Below the pieces are notes generated by a model. The model was not told the origin of the DNA. It searched no databases and saw nothing but the letters and a program-made list of their open reading frames with translations. Shown here piece after piece: positions 1 to 11,158 of a stretch of 64,000 nt of DNA. Source of the stretch: Octopus sinensis (taxonomy: Eukaryota); assembly GCF_006345805.1 (NCBI RefSeq), contig NC_043004.1:20770001-20834000 (forward strand). The letters are read 5' to 3'. The number at the start of each line of letters is the position of its first letter. Positions within the stretch are counted from its first letter, which is position 1. The translations under genes were made by a program, and so were the position numbers.

Positions 1-19
1 GAACAAAACAATTCAGGCA

Positions 20-860
20 GGGGATATTGCTTAAAGTCAACTGGAAAAAACTGTTTAAGGAACTATATGGGCAATTACACCTAACAGATGCAGATGAAAG
101 GGCATTCTGGGGAAGAATTTGGGATCAACCTGTAAAGATAATACAGAGTGGCTGACTGAAATCCAAGGTAGGTTAACAAATACACAAGTTCAAAACAACA
201 TAAAAATAAATATAGAAAAGATAAAAAGACAGATAAATAAAACTGCAGTATGGAAGAGCTCAGGGCCAGATGGTGTCCAAGGTCATTGGATGAAGACATT
301 GAGAGGGCTCCATGAAAGGCTAGCAGAACAACTGGACAGGTGATTGCAGGAAGGCTCACTACCTGGATGACAAAAGGAGAGGCATTGTTATATATCAAGG
401 ATATTGAAAAAAGGCAACAGTGTATCCAACCAGTAACATGTTTTCTACTAGGTGTGTCGGGTGGTGAATTGTATTGATACTTAGAAAAAAGAGGGCTGCT
501 ATTTATTGAACAAAAATACTTATTGAGCAAGAAAATGCAAGAGAAGGCACGCAAATCTAAGCATGGCATGGATTGATTATCATAAAGCATACAATATGAT
601 ACCATGCTCTTGGATAACAAGAACTATGGATATATATATGGAGTAGCAGAAAACGTGAGATGCCTTATATGGAACAGTATGAAATGTTAGAGAACTGAAT
701 TGACAGAAGGGAATCAGGTGTTAGGAGAAATGAAAAATTAGGAGAGAAATCTTCAAGGAAGGACAGTGTATTCCCACTGATATTTGTGCTGGGATGATTC
801 CCTTGAGTGAAAATCTGCAGAAGAAAAAGTTGGGGTAGTGAGTGATACAGTAGAAATTTG
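20..860 (+). mobile_element. Decayed R4/Dong-like non-LTR retrotransposon, reverse transcriptase region
   Basis: Frameshifted translation gives ..DADERAFWGRIWDQP.., WKSSGPDGVQGHWMKTLRGLHERLAEQL, LPGWTKG.., GVAENV and ..IFQG-DSVFPLIFVLGMIPLS. These match R4/Dong-clade RT motifs (WKSPGPDG, IFQGDSLSPLLF). Many stops and frameshifts. Confidence 0.75.
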
Positions 861-1002
861 CCCCAAACTACCAAATATTGAACAATTATATGATAATAAT
901 GATAATGTTTTCAGATTTTTGCATAAGGCCAACAATTTTAAGAGGAGTTGGTTAGTCAATTTCATTGACCCCACCAGTACATGAATTGTACTTCATTTTA
1001 TT

Positions 1003-1303
1003 GACCCCAGGACTTATTCTTTGTAAGCCTAGTACTTATTCTATTGGTCTCTTTTGCCGAACTGCTAAGTTACGGGGGACATAAACACACCAGCATCGGT
1101 TGTCAAGCAATGTTGGGGGGACAAACATATACACACACATATAGATAGGCTTCTTTCAGTTTCCGTCTACCAAATCCACTTACAAGGTTTTGGTCGGCCT
1201 GAAGCTATAGTAGAAGACACTTGCCCAAGGTGCCACACAATGGGACTGAACCTGGAACCATGTGGTTGGTAAGCAAGCTACTTACGACACAACCACTCCT
1301 ACG
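1003..1303 (-). mobile_element. SINE family A (tRNA-derived octopus SINE, OR-type), partial
   Basis: Reverse complement of the head GGCTGTGTGGTAAG..GGTTCAGTCCC, core CTTGGGCAAGTGTCTTC and body; high similarity to the copies at 2035 and 24105. Confidence 0.85.
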
Positions 1304-2034
1304 CTTATAATATATAGTATATCTTATTTAAATAAGTTTAATTTATAGTTGTAGCATTAGCTGAAATCTATAGATTTATTCTGTAGTACTTTATGTATAT
1401 CATACATATTATATGAAGCAGTTTTCTTTTTACTTGCTGGATCTAGAGGAAGGGACAATGTCCATGGTTCTTGCAGGCCTTCCTATATTAAGATTGTTGT
1501 CAATTTTGTTCCTCTTGAACCCTTGTATGTGAACATTTGCAATAGATTGACAAGCTGAGAGCAAACTTTATAGAATTAACTACCACCACTGCTACTGTAA
1601 CTGTAGCTGCCAGTGCTGCAAATGCCATTGTCTCTGTTGCTCTCACTGCTGCCATCATTTTCACCTGGCTTATTAGTTAGCTGCCTGTAGATTTTGTAAG
1701 AGAATTTCAGAAGACTTGACAACTTACACAGCTTCTACATGCTCCAGTCTACCTGCTCACATATTTTTAAACATGACTATTTATTTTAAATAAATTAGTT
1801 ATGAGAATGATATCAGCAGAGGACAAAACAGAGAATTTGTTCTTCTCTCTTTCCAGTACATTAGCAACAAAAGCTGATTTACTGAAGCTATTCACTATGA
1901 AATCAATGGTTCCTGATCAGCAATTTTGAGTAGAAAGACTAGTCAATGCCTTGGCCTCAGTTCTTGACTGGGACTATATTTAATCAACCCTGAAAGAAAA
2001 AAAAACAAAACAATTGGCTGTGTGGTAAGTAGCT

Positions 2035-2432
2035 TGCTTACCAACCACATGGTTCCGAGTTCAGTCCCACTGCGTGGCATCTTGGGCAAGTGTCTTCTGC
2101 TATAGCCTCAGGCCGACCAATGCCTTGTGAGTGGATTTGGTAGACAGAAACTGAAATAAGCCTATCGTATATATGTATTTATATATATATATGTATGTGT
2201 GTGTATATATTTGTGTGTCTGTGTTTGTCCCCCTAGCATTGCTTGACAACCGATGCTGGTGTGTTTACGTCCCCGTCACTTAGCAGTTCGGCAAAAGAGA
2301 CCGATAGAATAAGTACTGAGCTTACAAAGAATAAGTCTCGGGGTCAATTTGCTCAACAAAAAGCGGTGCTCCAGCATGGCCGCAGTCAAATGACTGAAAC
2401 AAGTAAAGAGAGTAAAGAGTAAAAGAGAGTCC
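2035..2432 (+). mobile_element. SINE family A, full length
   Basis: tRNA-like head with box B-like GTTCAGTCCC, core GGGCAAGTGTCTTC..GTGAGTGGATTTGGTAGAC, internal (TA/TG)n, and 3' tail CCAGCATGGCCGCAGTCAAATGACTGAAACAAGTAAAGAG repeats. Confidence 0.9.
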
Positions 2433-2504
2433 ATGACAGTATTTCAGCTCAGAATGTTGAGTCACAAGAAATGCTGTAATGGTATTGCCACTCTACCAAC
2501 CTTC

Positions 2505-2705
2505 ATAATAACAACTATAATAATAATAATGGTTTCAAAATTTGGCACAAGGTCAGTAATTGAGTGGTACTTTATTTTATCTCTTGCAAAAAGATCAAAA
2601 GCAAAGTCGTTCGTGGTGGAATTTGACCACAGAATGTAAAGAGCTGGATGAAATATCACAAAGCATTTTTATGCAAGGCTGTAACAAGTCTACCACCTTG
2701 CCATC
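2505..2705 (-). mobile_element. SINE family B, degenerate copy with (ATT)n tail
   Basis: Similar to the family B copies at 12473 and 13115; ends in (TAA)n on the + strand. Confidence 0.55.
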
Positions 2706-3327
2706 TTTTTAATGTTTCTAATTTAGAGGTTTGAGATTAGTCGTTTTCAGTGGAAGGGTTTAGTCAGATGTCTTGCCCTGAGTTCTTGACAGGTACTTTA
2801 GCCTATCAACACCACAGTAACAAAGGATAAAGTTGACATCAGCAAGATTAGAATTAGTAAATATTTCAAAGAAATACCTCATGGTGTTTTATCCAATACT
2901 TTACTGTTTCTGACACTCTCTAAAGAAAATTTTCTTGAATAGATCCTAAAAGCATGAACAGAATACATATATGAATTTTCTTCACTTGTAGCAAGTATCT
3001 CTGTTACATTGGACAATCAGAAAAGAAGCAAATGACTGGCAGTTATTTATTAACACAAATAGTATTTGAATTCAGAGATACAATGCAATGGAGAAGATAT
3101 CAGAAAGAATGCCTTCATTTCTAACCTCTGTGTAAAAAGCCACATTTCACTGATGAATAAAATTTCTGCAGGCAATAATAAGAGAAAGGTTACTGACATA
3201 GGGGTTGAGTTGAGGTGATCATGACAAACTGAAAGTCTGAGCGGTTAAGAATTTTGCTTTACAATCCCCTGGCTGCAGGTTCAATATCATTGTGTAATAC
3301 TTTTGATAGATATATTCTCTTTACTAT

Positions 3328-3721
3328 TTTTTTTTTTTTTTTGGAAGCACTCCGTTGGTTACGACGACGAGGGTTCCGGTTGATCCGAATCAATGGAACA
3401 GCCTGCTCGTGAAATTAACGTGTAAGTAGCTGAGTACTCCACAGACACGTGTACCCTTAACGTAGTTCTTGGGGATATTCAGCGTGACACAGAGAGTGAC
3501 AAGGCCGGCCCTTTGAAATACAGGTACAACAGAAACAGGAAGTAAGAGTGAGAGAAAGTTGTGGTGAAAGAGTACAGCAGGGATCACCACCATCCCCTGC
3601 CGGAGCCTCGTGGAGCTTTAGGTGTTTTCGCTCAATAAACACTCACAATGCCCGGTCTGGGAATCGAAACCGCGATTCTATGACTGCGAGTCCACTGCCC
3701 TAACCACTGTGCCATTGCGCC
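3328..3721 (-). mobile_element. SINE family C, full length with poly(A) and 13-bp TSD
   Basis: Minus strand begins with a tRNA-like head (GGCGCAATGGCACAGTGGTTAGGGC..GGTTTCGATTCCC) and ends in an A-run (T-run at about 3327-3342). Direct repeat TTCTCTTTACTAT at 3315-3327 and 3722-3734. Confidence 0.9.
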
Positions 3722-3820
3722 TTCTCTTTACTATAACCTTAGCTCAACACAAAGTTTAAACAAAAACTATGTTGAAGTTTGCTATACGAACCATAACTCT
3801 TCTTGATTGTTGTTGATTAA

Positions 3821-4044
3821 CCCTTTTTTAGCATTCAAACTGGCCACATCACGCACCAAATTTTCTACCCGTTTTATGTTAAAACTGGATAGATCTGGTC
3901 TCTCAAACTGACCTAAAAATTTCATTGTAAAAATATACAATCACATCATTGAAATCTCGAAACTATGAGATAATACATGATTAACTCAGAATAATGTGAA
4001 TAAATAAACATTTAATTTCACAGAATAATCTGAATGCAAAAGAG
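3821..4044. mobile_element. TTAA-flanked MITE (piggyBac-like termini)
   Basis: TTAA at 3817-3820 and 4045-4048; imperfect TIRs CCCTTT..TAGCATTCA / TGAATGCAAAAGAG; related copies near 25042-25648 and 48745-49425. Confidence 0.65.
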
Positions 4045-4279
4045 TTAACCTTTCGCCTAATTTAACATCACCACATGAACTTTGGATGCCTTTACTGGGG
4101 TTCTGTAGTCATTCAGACCAGGTCTCTGGTGTTAGACTGAACCAACATCTGCCTGTCTCCCCCACCACAAACTAGCTACTAAGATACCTACAAAATGGTT
4201 GGGAACATTGTCCTTCTTCCTGTGGTTAAATCCTAAAAGGACTAAAAGGTTTCTCCGGAATTTACTCAGTTCATTTTTC

Positions 4280-4314
4280 TGTCCGTCCATCCGTCTATCT
4301 GTCTATCTATCTGC

Positions 4315-4393
<79 letters not shown>

Positions 4394-4487
4394 GTCTGTA
4401 TGTCTGTTTCTCTCTTAGCTCTGTCTCTGTGCATACACGCATGCACATACATACACACATATATATTATACATCTATATGCACACAG

Positions 4488-4525
<38 letters not shown>

Positions 4526-4913
4526 ATATACATATAGTTAATAAAATATATATCAGAAAAGAAGCCCACTCTAAAGAATTATTAAAACAATTATTAAAAC
4601 AAAATGTTAAATTCTGGTTATAGAGTTACCAAAGGCTTCATATCCATGAGAGCCAAAGCATTATGGACAACTGGTCAGACAAATAAAATTAAACTTTCTA
4701 CCATGTGGTAGATACGTACATAATACATGCATATATACATGCATACATCCATACATATATACATGCATCCATCCATACATATATACATGCATACATACAT
4801 GCATACATACATGCATATATACATGCAGACATACATGCATACATGCATATATACATGCATATATACATGCATATATACATATATATATACATGCATACAT
4901 ACATACATACATG

Positions 4914-4995
<82 letters not shown>

Positions 4996-5005
4996 CATAC
5001 ACACA
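4280..5005. repeat. Compound microsatellites (CTGT, CT, CA, ATAC/ATGC, TA, GA)
   Basis: Simple repeats read directly; they explain the HT/YM/IY-rich ORFs in the track. Confidence 0.95.
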
Positions 5006-5574
5006 CATGTGAACCCCACTAAAAAATTTCATTACAAAAAAAAGCTAAGACACCAAGTTATTAAGTTTCTAAATACTGAACTTTGTACCTTTAACCTTTA
5101 CATTGTTAAAGCAAAAGATTAAATCCAATATGACCAAAAATAACTAAACTACTAATGCATCTTGTACTTACCTAACAAAAGAGATATACCTAAACATCGC
5201 ACTTGGTTACAAAGCTTTTACGCGCCTGAATAAATTCTAAACACGAACATAACCCCAAATTTAATGAATGAAATTTCTCAAAAACACCGCTCCAGAACAA
5301 CTCACTCTAAAAACCTAATTACCACCACATTCAAACCTGCTCACTCAAGGAAGACTTTAACCCAACAAAGACTGTAGGAAGTCTAGATTAACTCTAATAC
5401 ACAGTAGTCTGATAATGGCTTATCTGGCCTAAACTTAAAAGTCACTGTCAACAAAACTCTTGTTTAAGAATAAATTTGCACTCTACAAAAGTATAGAGTA
5501 ACCTCTCAGATTAATGTAAAACTATTTTCATTATAGCTAAACATAAAAAGAAACATATATATACACACACACAT

Positions 5575-5745
5575 ACAGGGTGCAGTGAATATATTGTTGT
5601 CTAAATTATGCAAAAATGAAAATAACACTGACATCTCATTTTAAGAGATATATTTACCAAAATTACATAAAAATATCTTGAAAATCTTAAAATTAAATTC
5701 ATTCAATAAAATTGCCATTAGCTTCAACCACGGCCTCCAGATATG
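5575..5745 (-). mobile_element. Tc1/mariner 3' end remnant
   Basis: Minus strand encodes ..LEAVVEANGNFIE*, typical of a mariner/maT transposase C-terminus, and the element ends in ..CACCCTGTA at 5575. Confidence 0.55.
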
Positions 5746-5854
5746 TTGTGATATATTTATAGAAGATCCTGGAAAGTATAGCTCCTAACTGATCTGGAAG
5801 GTACTGCATAGTACTAATGATCTCATCTTCTCCATCTCAAATAAGGACCCACTA

Positions 5855-6000
5855 CTGTAAGTGCTTGGGTTTTAAGGGTCCACAACTATTTAACATTCTG
5901 CAAAATAGTAGGCAGAGATTTAAGATTGTTAGATGCAGAAGTCTTCAAATAATGTCTGGACAAATTTTTATCTGAGATACCAGATGAACCCCCCATTGTG
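5855..6000 (+). mobile_element. CR1/L2-like LINE ORF2 C-terminal remnant
   Basis: Translation ..GFKGPQLFNIL..DAEVFK.CLDKF.SEIPDEP matches the GP.LFN.LP..FK..LD.FL..IPDEP motif of LINE ORF2 ends. Confidence 0.6.
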
Positions 6001-6199
6001 ACAGGAAGCACAAAGAAGAACAGTTCTATCTTAGCTGCAACTTCACAGAAACAAAACAGGAAAGAAAACTAATCACACTGAAAGGTAGTGCTCCAGCATG
6101 GCCTCAACTTTTGGGTGAAACCAGTTAAAAATAAAAGATATATATATACATTCATTTATACAAATACATATATACATATACATTCATATATCTTCCTCC

Positions 6200-6515
6200 T
6201 TTTCTTTTACTTGTTTTAGCCATCAGAATGGCCATTCTGTGGCACTGCATTGAAAACTTTTATCAAAGAAATGAGCACCAATACTTATTTTTCTCTTAAA
6301 CCTGGTACTTATTGTATCAGTGTTTTTGCTGAACTACTAAGTTACAGTGATGTAAACACACCAACACCAGTTGTCAAGTGGTTGTGGGAAGCAAAGACAC
6401 ACACACACTATGGGCTTTTTTCAGTTTCTACCTACCAAATTCACTCACAAGGCTTTGGTTGGCCCAAGGCCTTAGTAGAAGACACTTGCTCAAGGTACTG
6501 CACAGTGAAAATGGA
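6200..6515 (-). mobile_element. SINE family A, old copy with all CpGs lost
   Basis: Homologous to family A; no CG dinucleotide remains. Confidence 0.75.
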
Positions 6516-6539
6516 CACTACTTGAATTCATATGGGTCC

Positions 6540-7025
6540 TGACTTGAATTCCTTTGCTTAACATTCCATAAGATTGATGCAGATTCTGCAATTAACATGG
6601 TTACAGTTTTTGGACTGCTGGGGTAGTATTCTTGGTGGGTAGTTTGTCACTAGTAATTAGCCTCTTTGGAGACTTAAGTTGTCTTTTACATTTTATAATT
6701 TTATGCTTTTTATGTGGATTTTTTCCACTCACAGGTTGTTCATCAAAAGGGGTATAGTCTTATGGATGATGTTTTATGCTTCAATGTTTCTTAGAGTGTT
6801 TGTTGATATATAAGGTAAAGTTTTAAATGTATCAGTGGGGTTTTCTTGATTTTCCTAGTTCTTGGATGTCTATCGGTTTGCACGCTCTAATATGTTATCG
6901 ATTAAACTAACTGTTATTGGATTTCAAGTAAAATAATTTTAAGTTCTTGGAATTAGTTTTCTAAGGTTATTTATACAACGTTATATATTAATTTTTATAA
7001 CGGGGGATTCGTATTACTGAAGTAT
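6540..7025 (-). mobile_element. Penelope-like element remnant (RT thumb to Zn-finger linker before GIY-YIG)
   Basis: Frameshifted minus-strand translation ..QELKIILLE..VSLIDNILERA..IDIQELGKSRKPTDTFKTLPYIST..HKIIKCKRQLKSPKRLITS..CNHVNCRICINL matches the PLE linker region. Confidence 0.7.
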
Positions 7026-7569
7026 TCCGTGTTAAAAAAACTTCTTAGTGTAGAAAGGTAAGTTCAGTCATCGGAAATGATTAAATGGAAGAGAATAACC
7101 GGGGCTCTTTTTATTAACTGACGTCTGAAAACACTACATCCGATTTACGAATCTCAGTAATGTGAAAATTGGGAACTGATTCAGAAATAAAAGTAACTAA
7201 AAAAAAAAGACTCTGTCCTTGAAGTTCATTACAGTTATGTCCCTTAGATAAGATTTAAACATCCTGTGTATGTTATCTAATATCAACTGTATAATCGTTT
7301 TTCTTTTTATATATGAGCATTGAAGGAGTGAGGAAGGATTGGGTGGTAGGGAGAGATATACAAATAGAGAGAGAGCTTTTTGTTTTGCAGGGAACATACT
7401 TTTACAGATCTTCAATAGGAAAAGAACCGAAACTATATTCTTCCAATGTCATCATGTCTGACATTGAAAGTAAAATATAGAAGTTCTGTTTTGAAAATAC
7501 CTTTTCCACTACATAGTATTGGGTAAGTTACCTCTCCTGATACACATGGAAGCAGCGAAGTGCAAGTCA

Positions 7570-8370
7570 CCACCACTGTTACACTGTTACATTGTGTTGC
7601 GCTGTGATGCACTGTGTTACATTGAGTAAAACCATGCAGACGTGCGTTGTACTGTTACACGTTGCACTATCGTGCATCGTACAGTAATGACTTCTACTGA
7701 CATGCACAATGATGCAGTATGCTTAAGTGTATTAAGATGCCCTCAGCTGTATTGTAATGCAGCGCATATAGAGCATGTAATGTGGTATGGTTGCCGTTAC
7801 GTTCTGAGTTCACATTCCGCCGAAGTCGACTTTGCCTTTCATCCTTTCGGGGTCGATTAAATAAGTACCAGTTACGCACTGGATTCGATGTAATCGTCTT
7901 AATCCGTTTGTCTGTCCTTGTTTGCCACCTCTGTGTTTAGCCCCTTGTGGGTAGTAAAGAAATAGGTATAGTATGGGCCCAGCATAACTTAATTTAGCAT
8001 AGTGCATATTGTACAATTTAATGAACAATATAGTTTAAAATATTGCAGTGTAAAGCAACAGGGCAGTAAACAGCTCTACTGTGTAGAGCAGAACAACACC
8101 GCACAGTAGAGTGTAGTGTAGGGCAGTAATAGCATTGCTCAATGTAACATAATGAAAATATACTAGTGCAAACCTGTGCAGTATGGCGTAATTATGTGCA
8201 ACACTATGATGCTTCATATTAAACTGATGCATCATACTGCAGCCAAGTACCAAAATTCAGTATGGTGCAATACCATGTAGCATTGTAGTGCTACTTGTTC
8301 AGCGCAACGCAATATAGTGCAGCAAACTGCTGATTAGTGGAGCACAGGACAGCATAGTTTAAGACGCTAC
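7570..8370. repeat. Highly decayed 5-bp-period satellite (TGTAG/TGCAC/TACAT-like), interrupted by a SINE-B
   Basis: Visible 5-nt periodicity (e.g. CACAG TAGAG TGTAG TGTAG GGCAG) on both sides of 7795-7968. Confidence 0.6.
7795..7968 (+). mobile_element. SINE family B (5'-truncated), tail type 1
   Basis: GTTCTGAGTTCACATTCCGCCGAAGTCGACTTTGCCTTTCATCCTTTCGGGGTCGAT core and tail ..GCCCCTTGTGGGTAGTAAAGAAATAGG. Confidence 0.85.
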
Positions 8371-8392
8371 AGTCTTTAAAATAGAACACGTA

Positions 8393-8760
8393 ATCTCTCT
8401 ATATATAAAACTGAGAATGTGTGTGTGTCTGTCTGTCTGTTTCCCTAAAACTTAAGAACTACACAACCAATTTCATTCAAATTTCACACATGTCTTACTT
8501 AGGGTCCGGGGAGTGTCATCGGCGAAAAAAAGTTTAACTTTTTGCCTAGGGCGAGCCCACAGCAATATCATATCTTCTCCACTCTGATTCCCTAAAACTT
8601 GAGAACTACACAACCAATTTCATTCAAATTTTACACATGCCTTACTTAGGGTCCATGTAGTGTCATGGGCGAAAAAAAATTTTAACTTCTTGCCTAGAGC
8701 GAGCCCACAGCAATATCATATTTTCTCCACTATTTCAGTATTACGTGTTAAAAGTGAAAC
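8393..8760 (+). mobile_element. Non-autonomous Helitron-like element 5' part with an internal 147-bp-period tandem duplication
   Basis: Starts TC..TATATATAAAAC + (GT)n(CTGT)n + GAACTACACAACCAATTTCATTCAAATTT, a layout typical of Lep1-like Helitrons. Repeat units at 8441-8583 and 8588-8731. The 3' CTRR end was not located. Confidence 0.55.
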
Positions 8761-9466
8761 AAAAACATCTCTCTATTGTATGTATATATGTTACAAAATA
8801 TAAAGTTATATCTTGAGATCATTAGTGACAACAACGCTCAAAATATATAACAGACTGGAATAGTAGTGCTCAAATGAGCTGTATACACTTTTTAATCCGA
8901 GAGGAGGCAATGCGAGCAGCAACTACAAGAGCACTACAAAATCCACAGAAAGATCAAACACATACATATATTCATATATTCATTTATATCTACAGAACAG
9001 GCAAAAAACCCGACGTTTAGAAATATATAGTAATATATAAATATATAAACATCATATAAAAATATATTGTACGCATAAGATCCGCTCGACGTTCCATAAG
9101 AAATTTAGAAATAAAAATTGCAATAAAAGTTAGAGGTAATAATAACAATTGAATTAAATATAGTAAATATAGTAAGTAGTAATTAAATATATTTTATTTT
9201 ATTAAAATGGTAATTAAATCGTAATATAACAATTAAAAGAAAAAATAGCAATTAGTATAAAATGTATGAAGGACTTGAACTCGAATATGTGGCTTTGCAT
9301 GAATGGGAGAAATTAAAAGATGAAAAATTTGAGTGCAGAAGTGAATTAGTCCAGGTGGAGCTGTGCGCATACAATTTACTATAGCTGCTGTGGAATCTGA
9401 ACTCAGAACATAAAGACAGACGAAATGCTGCTAAGCATTTCGCCTGGTGTGCTAACATTTCTTGAT

Positions 9467-11158
9467 TCTTTATTGCCCACCAGGGGTCCAACATAGAGGG
9501 GACAACACATCACATGTGGGGACATAGAACGACAAATCAAAAAAACAAACGTAGGACAAAGATGAATGATAACATGAAAATGAATTAATGGAATGGGGCC
9601 ACTGAGTCTCACTTCTGGGCGACTCCATTTCGACCCTTTATCACCTCTTGTACCTCGTTCCTTCTAGAATGTCAGCCCCATATAGTTCTAGTATCTCCTC
9701 GTACGTCGAAAATCCCGGTAGCTCCTTCCTATCCATCTCTATCTCCCACCACCTATATCCACTTTTATGTTTCAGTACTCTTTCTAACTGTTTCTCCGTA
9801 GGTAGCACAGAACGGTGCAGCGTCTGAACATTATCAAACCCTTCAGTTCTCAACCCCTTAGAGTCATCCCACTTACACAAATCCTCGTCTGAATCGCCAA
9901 TCACGATTACTAGACATGTCTTTTTCGTTTGGGGGGAGGGAGTTTGAGATTGCTTGTGTGTATGTTTCTTTTTGTTTTCGTGTCGGAGGGAAATAGGTAG
10001 GCTCGGTGTCTGTGAGGGAAGGGTGGGTCTGAGAGGGTATGGGTGGAGTAGGTATGGGTTGGTGTGGGTTGAGGTTCAGAGTTCAAATTACTTGCCTTCT
10101 TTCTTTTTTTCCCCCGCCTATCACTTTCAATGCTTCTTCTGTTAGTTTCTCCTCCTCTTTATCTTTTATCCCTGCTGGTTCGTTTGCTTTCTTTGACTGT
10201 TCTTCCACTTTTTTCTCGGGCGGTGAAGAGCAATCCACTCTAATATGGCCCTTTAGACTACATTTGTAGTATGTTGGAAGTCTGCCCTGTACCTTGACCC
10301 TCATCTCTGTTTCATCAAACAAGACCATCTCTGCTATCTTTTCCAAGGATTACGCTGATGCCTGCACAGTCATCTCACATCTGGTTCCCGTACCCTGGAG
10401 CACTGCTATATCGTTCTCACTTCCTTTGAGAACTGCGGCCGCTACCCAGGCCACATCTACTTCGGGTGGAATACCTTCAAGTTTAATACTTCTGCCCATA
10501 TAAGTGGGCAACAACACCACTTCGTCCTTTATTGTCTTTGCTGCCTGTTTCTTTGCGTTTTGTTCTTTTGCGAACCTCACCTCCACTGTAACAAATCTCG
10601 TTCTTCTCCCTACAAAGACTATATCCTGCCACATTGACCTTAGTACTTTTTCTATTTGGCTTGTATTTATGTTTTCAGTCCTGCCCGCTTTCGTTGAGAA
10701 TGTTTTGTATGTAACTGTTTTCTTTCTGATTCCTTCCAACATTTCCTTTGGAGGGATACAACTCCGAGTTGTACCCCTCTCTACAGGTCAAATTTTTAAA
10801 ATTACTGATTCTCCTAATCAATCTCCTCTTCCTCTTGTCTTGTCACTTCCGCGAAGTTCTCCTTTTTTTTTCATATTTCTTAATTATTTCATCTATTTTT
10901 CCTACTGTTCTAAGCAGTTCTTCTTCTGACGACGATAGTTCAGACCCACTAAGGTTTGAAAAAAACATCCTCCATTGCTAACTCACCTTAAAAAGGAGAG
11001 AAAGCGCAAACAAATTGCTGCAAAGCAGCACAAAAACAATTAGCAATGTGTTTTAAAAAAACACTGACACAAAACAAAACGATGTTAACATTGTGAAAAG
11101 GACCGCACACCTCAAAAAACACCGGAACCGTGCTGGCGTTTCAGCCAGCTTGCAGCCT
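9467..11158 (-). mobile_element. ORF1-only (HAL1-like) derivative of a Tx1/L1-clade non-LTR retrotransposon
   Basis: 5' UTR, then a gag-like ORF1 with a zinc knuckle, then directly a 3' UTR ending AATAAAGAA. No endonuclease or RT sequence is present within the 1.7 kb. Confidence 0.65.
9641..10975 (-). pseudogene. Disrupted retrotransposon ORF1 (gag-like, CCHC zinc knuckle)
   Basis: ATG at 10975 (MEDVF..). Joins track ORFs 10350-10742, 10083-10346 and 9641-9904 across stops and frameshifts. The knuckle YYKCSLKGHIRVDC is Cx2Cx4Hx4C with the first C mutated. Confidence 0.7.

Noticed and set aside
81-620. 179-aa minus-strand ORF
   Set aside because: Antisense shadow of the decayed R4/Dong RT on the + strand.
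5166-5190. Minus-strand TCTCTTTTGTTAG|GTAAGT recursive-site-like motif
   Set aside because: Sits in probable PLE-derived sequence with a short tract and no partner donor; within chance expectation.
6720-7063. + strand acceptor at 6734 and donor AAG|GTAAGT at 7057
   Set aside because: The acceptor lies in, and the donor beside, the antisense PLE remnant; the intervening sequence is not coding-like.
9261-9383. 40-codon ORF MYEGLELEYVALHEWEK..
   Set aside because: No splice signals or recognisable homology; probably part of a repeat.
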